DNA of 64,000 nucleotides from a virus: IMG/VR virus record IMGVR_UViG_3300030041_000010; one strand, 5' to 3'. Shown piece by piece: positions 57,063 to 64,000 of this stretch (position 1 is its first letter; each line of letters starts with the position of its first letter). The notes under the pieces were generated by a model. It saw only the letters and a program-made list of their open reading frames with translations, ran no database searches and was not told where the DNA came from. The position numbers and the translations under genes were made by a program.

Positions 57063-57150
57063 TGTTCTTCCGCGCTATCTGAATCTGTTCCCATGCTTCA
57101 TCCGCAAGACCACGGGCAGCTATGACAATGAACGTACGCCATCATGCCTC

Positions 57151-57351
57151 CTAAAAGAATACTTCTATAGTACCACTATTCGATCCGCCAGTGCCACTAC
57201 CTTCCGACCCCGCCCCAGCCCATCTGCAAGGACTGTAACGTTTTCCACAGTCACAAAGGCATTTCCAAACTACTTTTCTTCCTCTGTTTGGCCGTCCATT
57301 AACAATAGTGAGTCTTCCGACTCTTTGTCTTGTTCGGTCTTTGAACGCCAT
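57151..57351 (-). CDS. Short ORF carrying one 'GRLTIV..GR..W.C.CDCG' zinc-ribbon repeat unit
   Basis: 'RVGRLTIVNGRPNRGRKVVWKCLCDCGKRY' belongs to the same family as the repeats in 11371..12801. It overlaps the 57270..57701 ORF in another frame. Confidence 0.4.
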   Translation of the reverse strand: MAFKDRTRQRVGRLTIVNGRPNRGRKVVWKCLCDCGKRYSPCRWAGAGSEGSGTGGSNSGTIEVFF

Positions 57352-57701
57352 ACAATGCCCATCTCTTTAAGTAAGTCTCTATCTTGCATTGTAATGGTAT
57401 ACAAACCTACACACCTACGACAATTGCATTTGAAGTTAAGAGGATGTGTTTGAGTCCTAACATCTCGTACTCGGCGGGTTCGGCTGAACTTACGTATCAT
57501 ATCGTCTCCTCTTTCCGTAGGGATTTCAAATCGCTTGTTGAGGGGGAACATGCCCGATTCGACTAGCTGTTTGTGCTCAGTTTTCAGAACACTGAGACGA
57601 GCCATAGCCTCTTCTCGGCTTATCAGATCAAGTGAGAAGTCTTCGTATAGCCGGGAGATTTTTCGTATGTATTCGGCGAACGGTTCCTCTTGAGGCTCCA
57701 T
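57270..57701 (-). CDS. Hypothetical protein (143 aa)
   Basis: Its 3' end overlaps the 57151..57351 frame. Confidence 0.4.
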   Translation of the reverse strand: MEPQEEPFAEYIRKISRLYEDFSLDLISREEAMARLSVLKTEHKQLVESGMFPLNKRFEIPTERGDDMIRKFSRTRRVRDVRTQTHPLNFKCNCRRCVGLYTITMQDRDLLKEMGIVWRSKTEQDKESEDSLLLMDGQTEEEK

Positions 57702-57734
57702 ACCTATAAATACCCCCTAACAAGGGATGGGTAT

Positions 57735-58460
57735 CTAAGTTTCTGTGGCTCTGACGATGTTGACCAGTTTTACATTTTCATCAAGAATTAGATAAGATGC
57801 GACATCGCCAACCCAGCACCCAGCGTTCCAATACTCCACACCGTCACGATACTCGTGGTAGGGGCTGTGAGTATGGCCGCAAAACACATAGTCAGCTTTG
57901 AGTCCCTTGGCGACACTAATAGCTCCATCCGCGACTTTGAAAGTCAGTCGTTGATATTTTGTGTGAAGTTTATCCAGAATTGTTGGTAGCCAGCGTTTCA
58001 GGAGGTTTCTTTTCTGAAGCCAGATATGCAGCCCCGTTACAAAGTCGTTGAACCAAGGATTGCCATTAGCGAATAAGGCGTCGAACTGATGACCATGCAT
58101 GGCGACACACGTATTGCCGTTCCAGCCCCACGTGTATTGTTGATATACAGGGACACCAAGGAGGTGCTCCATGACTTCAGTTACCCCGGCATCGTGGTTG
58201 CCTTCTACCCACACGACTTCAATCTCTCGCTTAGGGTTGGACAGTTCTCGAATAAGAGAGATGACTTGCCAGTGTTCACTGGTCAGGCGACTGAAGTTTA
58301 GGTCGGAGAAAATGTCTCCGAGGAGAATGATACGCTTGACTTTTATTACACCAAGGTAAATCTGATTGAGCAGGTTTGTGAGTTCCCTAGCCATAGCTAG
58401 AGGTGAACCGAGATGGACATCGGAGATTACAAGAGTGTCATAGACAGTCTCTAAGCGCAT
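57735..58460 (-). CDS. Calcineurin-like metallophosphoesterase (241 aa)
   Basis: Motifs 'ISDVHLG', 'LLGDIFSD', 'VEGNHD' and 'FCGHTHSPYH'. Confidence 0.85.
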   Translation of the reverse strand: MRLETVYDTLVISDVHLGSPLAMARELTNLLNQIYLGVIKVKRIILLGDIFSDLNFSRLTSEHWQVISLIRELSNPKREIEVVWVEGNHDAGVTEVMEHLLGVPVYQQYTWGWNGNTCVAMHGHQFDALFANGNPWFNDFVTGLHIWLQKRNLLKRWLPTILDKLHTKYQRLTFKVADGAISVAKGLKADYVFCGHTHSPYHEYRDGVEYWNAGCWVGDVASYLILDENVKLVNIVRATET

Positions 58461-60102
58461 AACTCTTTCTTCTCAAAAGAGACGACAAGTGGAATTTGTT
58501 GAATGTGTTCCAGAACCCTTCTCGCTTGGTTCGCATGTCCTCTACCTCATTAAGGAACTTAACCCCCTCAGGCCATTCAGTATTAAAATACTTCAACGCC
58601 TTGAGATATTGATATAAAATCTCAACTGCGTGATATAGGTTATACTCCACGTTGGAAGAGCGGGGATCGACAGCTTCATCACTCGCCATAGCTTCTTGTA
58701 TCTCTTTAACGATGATAGCCTCATAGTTGGGATCACGAGTAGCCAACCGTTTTTCACCTTCCGGCCATGTTGGCGGTGTAGCTATGCGAACTTGTTTGTG
58801 GTATTTATCTCCTGTATCTTCATCGGTCACTTCTTCCCCGTCCTCAGTTATTTCGCTAAGGAGAGATATATAACCGTCAACCCATTGTTGGTTTTTTGTC
58901 CACTCGTCTGGATGCTTGGAGTACCTATCAAGGAGTAGCTTTTCAAACTCAGGCCAACGTCCCTTGATGATGCCTCGGGCATATTCAAGACAGAGGTACA
59001 TAGAGTTGGTCGAGGTTGTTGCATACGTCAGAATCTTCTTCTCAGCGTCCGGCCAACGTTCTCCTTTGAGAAATTTGCGACAATAGGACAACAGGTCGAG
59101 AGAAGGTCGTCCTTCGAGAAGAAGCTTTTCCAACCGTTCATTTGATTTTCCGGGCATGAACTTCATGCAATAACGGAAGTACACTTTGGCAGAAGGGGGC
59201 TCAGATGTATTGTATCCATAGTAACTCTTCCTGAACATTTCATCAAGCTCGGCCTGAGGCAAAGGTTGGTTATCATAGACGGCCTTACGTAACTGGTTGT
59301 CAACTTCATCGCCATGCTTAGCGAAAGCCTTTTCAACTTTTTCCTTAGGATCATTTGCCCCAGTGAGGTACTTATACACCCCCGGCTCACCCATCTTGGC
59401 AAGCTGGCTGATTACTTTCAGGCAGATAGGGTCAGATATAAACCGGGCGACAGTCTTCTTTGTCTTACGATAATTACCGCTTGTGGAAACAATGCCGTCT
59501 GGAATTTCAGTGTCGGTACGGTCTTTCAGTTGATTGGTAGCAGGGTGGAACTGAGCGTAGGCAGAACCTTCATCGAAGATAACGTAGGTTGGCCCTGAAC
59601 TGAGATACGTATTGCCCATGTTTTCATGAGCGGTACACCAGTTGGTACCAGCCGATAGCTCAGCTAGAGCCGGAGCCTTCGTCACTTTGTAGACGAGGAT
59701 GTCCCCATCCCGGATGATGACGCTGGCACCTTCACGAATCTTTTCCCGGTTCTGTTCTTTTTTGGAGAAGTTGCCTTGGTTATCTTCGATGACAGTGAAC
59801 AGGGTGCCCGGTGTGTATGAGTTAATGTCTTTGTTCCCAGTGAAGCCGGGGGCTTTCTTAAGCCGGTTGAAAGTAATAAGTTGTTCCTTAATCCGCTCCC
59901 CATCTTCAGGGAGACGGATGTGTCCCTTGGCAAGCATACGTGCTATCCAAGTGATAAAATCTGTCTGGTTGGGAGAAGGGTCAACCTGAATACACATCTC
60001 CACTTGCTCTGGAGTGAGCTTCATCTGACTGCACAGAAAATCAATTTTCTGCTGTGTCGGTCGAGCGACCAATAGGAAATGGGATAAGAAACGCATTAGC
60101 AA
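58438..60102 (-). CDS. Hypothetical protein (554 aa) with an internal duplicated 'G.RWP[DE].EK' repeat
   Basis: The pair is 'FLKGERWPDAEKKIL' and 'IIKGRWPEFEKLLL'. Confidence 0.55.
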   Translation of the reverse strand: MLMRFLSHFLLVARPTQQKIDFLCSQMKLTPEQVEMCIQVDPSPNQTDFITWIARMLAKGHIRLPEDGERIKEQLITFNRLKKAPGFTGNKDINSYTPGTLFTVIEDNQGNFSKKEQNREKIREGASVIIRDGDILVYKVTKAPALAELSAGTNWCTAHENMGNTYLSSGPTYVIFDEGSAYAQFHPATNQLKDRTDTEIPDGIVSTSGNYRKTKKTVARFISDPICLKVISQLAKMGEPGVYKYLTGANDPKEKVEKAFAKHGDEVDNQLRKAVYDNQPLPQAELDEMFRKSYYGYNTSEPPSAKVYFRYCMKFMPGKSNERLEKLLLEGRPSLDLLSYCRKFLKGERWPDAEKKILTYATTSTNSMYLCLEYARGIIKGRWPEFEKLLLDRYSKHPDEWTKNQQWVDGYISLLSEITEDGEEVTDEDTGDKYHKQVRIATPPTWPEGEKRLATRDPNYEAIIVKEIQEAMASDEAVDPRSSNVEYNLYHAVEILYQYLKALKYFNTEWPEGVKFLNEVEDMRTKREGFWNTFNKFHLSSLLRRKSYALRDCL

Positions 60103-60123
60103 GCCTCACTAATGCGTTCCATA

Positions 60124-61572
60124 TCAGCCTTTCACAGATTTACGACCACGCTGCTTCGTGAAGGCACCGGCCAACTGCTTGAGACGAATCCGGGCACGGT
60201 TGTATTCCTGTGGAGTCAGCCCGATTTCATGCCCCTTATGCTCCTCGTGCTCCATCTCCACCGTAGTTGCCAGCCGTTGGCACGTCCGACAAAACTCTTT
60301 GATGGTCTCGGCGCTGGTGCCAGCCTCGTACACAGCTACAAGGACGGGGAATACATCAGGGTCGTGTTCCTCAACGTACTTGATAAAGGCATGGGCAAAG
60401 AATTGATCTTCCAGTTTTTTCTCCTCGCGGTTCGTCGCAGCCATGAGGTACTCCGACTTAGAGTACACATACTCATCCGTAACTTCCCCGTGAACTTCGG
60501 GATTTGTCTCTGAGGCTAAGGACAAGTTACCAGCACGACAGACTGGGTTCTTTGTCCGTTTGCCGTGAATGGTGTTGTACTTGTTGGTGAGGCAGTAGTT
60601 GATGTAGTAACGCCACCGACGCTCTGACGCCCCATACTGGGAGAAAGGATCAAAGGTTTGGAACACATCTGTTTTGCCGTTCTTACGGTGCTTGGATGTG
60701 GGTGGCAGGTACTTCATGTGGATCATCAAATCCTGACACCAGTCTTCAATGTCCTCCTCGATGCCATACCCATTCAAGCGACGGCGAACCCAAGTTTCGA
60801 TGTACTTAGGCTGACGTTCGATGAACTCCTCAAAATCCTTGGGTACAACAAACCCGTCGTGACCGATGAAGTGCCCATCCTCACTAATGTAGAAAGGATC
60901 ACCTTTGTAGCCCTCTTTAACTGCAAGAACTGCACCAACCGGAATTGTTAAGGTGGGTGTAATCGCAGCAGTTACTGTTACTGGGTCACAAGGTTGCGTT
61001 TGCCTGTCTGCCTCCGTAGGTGCATCTTCGGCCTCACGTGGCGTAGCCGGAACATAGGTTGTGCCATTCTTGACAGCCCAACGCTTGCGTTGTGACTCGG
61101 AGATTTTGGCCCTAGCTTCAGGAGTTAGCTTGCGGTCTCTTGTTGCCCATTTTGCTTTTTGTGACTCGGAGATACGCTTGCGTGCTTCATCGCTAAGTTG
61201 TCTCTTCCGAGGAGATAGTGAGGGCGATACTGGTGCTTCAGTTTCAATTTCGCTTTTGGTTACAGCGAGTTCGACTGCAACGAAGATCGGGCTGGAGGTT
61301 ACAGCGACTGGTTCGGCGACGGCAGGTTCAACCATAGTCACAACTGTAGTACCGAGACGAGCAAGGTGCTCGTTAACAGCGACTGCAACTGTGTCTTTGA
61401 TCGTGTTGGTAAAGTGAGTAACCATGGTCTGAATGACCACCCCAATACCTTCATTTTTAATGAATTGAAGGATTTCATCATGACTGATAGAGGGGGGTTT
61501 AACCACGGTTTCGGGGGCACCTACAAATGGTGTAGTCTGAAGCATTACGCCTCCACGGCAAACAAGTCCCAC
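60124..61572 (-). CDS. NUMOD3-motif DNA-binding protein (482 aa), homing-endonuclease-associated type
   Basis: Two NUMOD3-like repeats: 'LSDEARKRISESQKAKWA' and 'LTPEARAKISESQRKRWA'. Confidence 0.55.
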   Translation of the reverse strand: MGLVCRGGVMLQTTPFVGAPETVVKPPSISHDEILQFIKNEGIGVVIQTMVTHFTNTIKDTVAVAVNEHLARLGTTVVTMVEPAVAEPVAVTSSPIFVAVELAVTKSEIETEAPVSPSLSPRKRQLSDEARKRISESQKAKWATRDRKLTPEARAKISESQRKRWAVKNGTTYVPATPREAEDAPTEADRQTQPCDPVTVTAAITPTLTIPVGAVLAVKEGYKGDPFYISEDGHFIGHDGFVVPKDFEEFIERQPKYIETWVRRRLNGYGIEEDIEDWCQDLMIHMKYLPPTSKHRKNGKTDVFQTFDPFSQYGASERRWRYYINYCLTNKYNTIHGKRTKNPVCRAGNLSLASETNPEVHGEVTDEYVYSKSEYLMAATNREEKKLEDQFFAHAFIKYVEEHDPDVFPVLVAVYEAGTSAETIKEFCRTCQRLATTVEMEHEEHKGHEIGLTPQEYNRARIRLKQLAGAFTKQRGRKSVKG

Positions 61573-61991
61573 TTATAGTAGTGGGGATAAGATGTTAATA
61601 CTCGGATTCCACCCGATGCGGAGCACTAAATAATTTCTCCGCTAAAGTGTGTAAACCTCAGTAGCCAAAGGAGGTTACTGGGGTAGGGTTTACTTGGTAT
61701 TCAAACGTTAAGCTATGACGAGGAGGAAGTCAAACAGAGGTAGAAGTGAAAAAATTTGGTAGGATTTGCCGTCGTTTCAACTACACTTCATCATCACCGT
61801 TGATGTTTATTCGTATGTCGGACAGCCGCTTCCTGAGCCGCTTGCGGATGACATCTGGTGGGTGAATAGCTACCTGCTCTTCAAATTGAGCAAGCGTGTT
61901 TTCAAGCGATTTTCTACTGCTGAGAATCGCCAAGAAGTTGGGAAACGCTGCGGTTCCAGAGAACTTGTCTACTGCCATAAAAACGTCGTCC

Positions 61992-62450
61992 TTATTCTCG
62001 TACTGCGTCGATAAGCTGCTCCACTACCCGTTGAAACCCGTTCATGATGGTCAGTTGATTGGCCGATAGGACTCGTTGTTCAGTTGCCATGTCCCGTAGT
62101 AACTGGAACTGCTCATGCTGAACCCCGGCTTGAACCTTAACTCCTTCTGCCAACTGATGAACGGATTCCGCGAGTTTGTCTTGAGCTTTAGACTGTGCTT
62201 CAATAAGCTTCTTAAGCTCGTCATTACTCTCGGTGATAGCTTTGGTGTTAGCTTCGACCGTCGATTTGAAAGTTGCAAGTTGTACCTGCGACCAAATGAA
62301 CAACCCCACACAAATGAAGGCTGAACCTGTAGCGGCCCCGTATTGCCAGATGGGGAGCAAAGGATTAGCTTGGAGGATAAACATGTGCGTTGAGTCCTTT
62401 CGGTGAGTTACTTCCCTACTAAAAAGAACCCGTAGTGGTAATTCTCTCAA
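61992..62450 (-). CDS. Hypothetical protein with a transmembrane segment and a coiled-coil (152 aa)
   Basis: 'GSAFICVGLFIWSQV' followed by a helical region. The stop overlaps the terminase gene end. Confidence 0.45.
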   Translation of the reverse strand: MRELPLRVLFSREVTHRKDSTHMFILQANPLLPIWQYGAATGSAFICVGLFIWSQVQLATFKSTVEANTKAITESNDELKKLIEAQSKAQDKLAESVHQLAEGVKVQAGVQHEQFQLLRDMATEQRVLSANQLTIMNGFQRVVEQLIDAVRE

Positions 62451-63988
62451 CGGCCTCTGCGATGAAATGGATTACGTACTATCTCAGTGCCAAAACTTGC
62501 CATGTTTGATTGGATTTTCTTGATGCGTTCGAACACTTGTAAGTCACGCATCATAATCCCATCTAAACTTGCGATAATTCCCGCTGGTTGGTTTAACTGC
62601 TCTGACATGAGGATGCTCTGTCCAGTTGGGTCTATCTTCAACCCACCTTCTTCCACGAGCCACTTCTGTGCCACATAAGCACAAAGTTGAGCAGCGTCTA
62701 CCATATCGTCGTGTGATCCTTTTTCCATTGGTGCTTGCACACGTATCTGATACTTGTTGATGTATTCAGCTTCTACAAGACGTAACTCTTGGAGGAACTT
62801 CGGAACGTAGGGGAATCTGCAACGTGAGTCGCGGATGTAACCCTGAAGCACATACGCCATCTGTGAGTTGATGGTTGTAGTGAGGTTCACAAGTTCTATA
62901 TTGTGAATCTTGTTCAGGTCAAGTAGCTGTACAAGTTGTTGACCGCCATGTTGGTCGGTCGCTCCGCGATAGCAAGGCATCAAAGAGTTTAACGCCTTGA
63001 GCCATGACAAGATGTCTTCGAGAGGCAGAGTTTTGAATCCAACATACTTGTCGATACCGGGGATGGACTGCACTCCAATACTGTCAAACTTCTCTCCTAC
63101 CATCATGCGGTCGATGTAGTCATAGACGAGATGGATGGGCTGGGCTCCACCCTTGTATTCCAAGTGGCCGATAGCGACTGCCGTAGCGTCGTTCATCATA
63201 CCCAAGTCGATTGCCCAAAAGAATTGGCGACCGATTGCATTCGGGTGGAACTTGATGATGTTGAAACGAGCCGTGCTTAGGTCTGGTTCTTCCAGACCAC
63301 TGATCGTTTTTTCATATCTCACGTCTGTGCAAGCACGAATCTGAGCCTCGGTAACGTACGATTCAGATGACTCTAGGAACTGACCACCATACTCAGCCTT
63401 GAACGTGAGTGCGTTTGTCTCATATTCTTGACGAAGTGTAATGGGGAGAATAGTGGGATTCATCTCGGCGGTGGATGCGCGAAGGGTAAAGATGCCAGAC
63501 TTTGGACCTCTCTCTAAAGCTTGCTTGTGAAGGTCGTACATCTTACCGACCTTTGTCCACGGGCTGGAGATGGAAAGCACGAGGGAGTCTTGGAACATCC
63601 GGTATTGGTCATACGGGATTTCCTTTGCGGCCTTTTCACTTACCCATCCCCCACCATTGATTAGCTCGGCGTGCTTGAAGTTGATTGTGGAAGGCTTAGC
63701 AGCCGCGTAGACCTCATCTGATGCTGAGCCCTTGGCCGACCGGAAGTGGGCAAACTCATCCAGTGCAAGAAAGATGTTGGACGGACCACGGGAAGCGTTG
63801 GTGGTACAGGGGAACGATCTAACATTGATGGTCGGAGTCGTGTCACGCTTCATGCGGTCTTGATCTGAGACGAAGCCTAGTGATGCACTGGAGGATGTCT
63901 TCAGATAGGGGTTGAAGAACGGAGCCCGGTTAATGTCTTCGCGGAGCTTCTCATAAAGACGGCTGGCACCTGAGTCATCCTGAGCCAT
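62447..63988 (-). CDS. terL: Terminase large subunit. Its 5' end is truncated at the window edge, since the Walker A motif would lie beyond 64000.
   Basis: Walker B 'IFLALDEFAHF' near the ORF start, and the C-terminal nuclease motif 'WAIDLGMMNDATAVAIG'. Confidence 0.75.
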   Translation of the reverse strand: MAQDDSGASRLYEKLREDINRAPFFNPYLKTSSSASLGFVSDQDRMKRDTTPTINVRSFPCTTNASRGPSNIFLALDEFAHFRSAKGSASDEVYAAAKPSTINFKHAELINGGGWVSEKAAKEIPYDQYRMFQDSLVLSISSPWTKVGKMYDLHKQALERGPKSGIFTLRASTAEMNPTILPITLRQEYETNALTFKAEYGGQFLESSESYVTEAQIRACTDVRYEKTISGLEEPDLSTARFNIIKFHPNAIGRQFFWAIDLGMMNDATAVAIGHLEYKGGAQPIHLVYDYIDRMMVGEKFDSIGVQSIPGIDKYVGFKTLPLEDILSWLKALNSLMPCYRGATDQHGGQQLVQLLDLNKIHNIELVNLTTTINSQMAYVLQGYIRDSRCRFPYVPKFLQELRLVEAEYINKYQIRVQAPMEKGSHDDMVDAAQLCAYVAQKWLVEEGGLKIDPTGQSILMSEQLNQPAGIIASLDGIMMRDLQVFERIKKIQSNMASFGTEIVRNPFHRRGR

Positions 63989-64000
63989 AAAGGTGAAGTC

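Noticed and set aside
1-64000. CRISPR arrays, rRNA, integrase or attachment-site core
   Set aside because: No direct-repeat and spacer periodicity, no rRNA-like conserved blocks, and no tyrosine or serine recombinase motifs were seen in any frame.

Overview
This window reads as part of a large tailed-phage genome, roughly 50% GC, with no CRISPR array, no rRNA and no integrase.

Layout:
- 8..20061 (+): structural and morphogenesis-like genes: a partial major virion protein with a tail-sheath-like C-terminus, an HK97-like capsid candidate, acidic scaffold-like proteins, a ParB-like protein and a free-standing GIY-YIG homing endonuclease. Four strong rho-independent terminators lie in this block.
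- 20126..22268: a 15-bp perfect inverted repeat, two copies of a conserved ~45-nt promoter motif with apparently leaderless starts, and a ~330-nt ORF-free structured RNA region carrying two tRNA T-arm signatures.
- 22228..44330 (-): a ~22-kb operon that dominates the window. It encodes 'polyvalent' megaproteins of 4168 aa and 1984+497 aa, plus 273-aa, 107-aa and 179-aa proteins. Together they carry about 20 repeats of an H-Y-[E/Q] (diphtheria-toxin/PARP-like) ADP-ribosyltransferase-like domain marked by 'YHG[TS]..F..F...G[FW][YW]F'. Interspersed are three ParB-like nuclease domains in the window (two in this operon, one in the 13350..14897 protein), four SprT-like HExxH zincin modules, three GNAT domains and a PUA/EVE-like segment. 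A G5 homopolymer frameshift splits one megaprotein gene.
- 44486..46575 (+): a metallophosphoesterase and a RimI-like GNAT.
- 46682..63988 (-): an accessory and DNA-metabolism block: a NADAR (ADP-ribose processing) protein, a DUF4326-like protein, a second metallophosphoesterase, a PD-(D/E)xK-like protein, an SNF2 helicase flanked by two HNH endonucleases, a NUMOD3 protein, and a 5'-truncated terminase large subunit at the window edge.

The most interesting signal is the ADP-ribosyltransferase array and its companion ADP-ribose toolkit. It looks like a virion-delivered effector battery, possibly processed at conserved 'KTAA' linker motifs between repeats.
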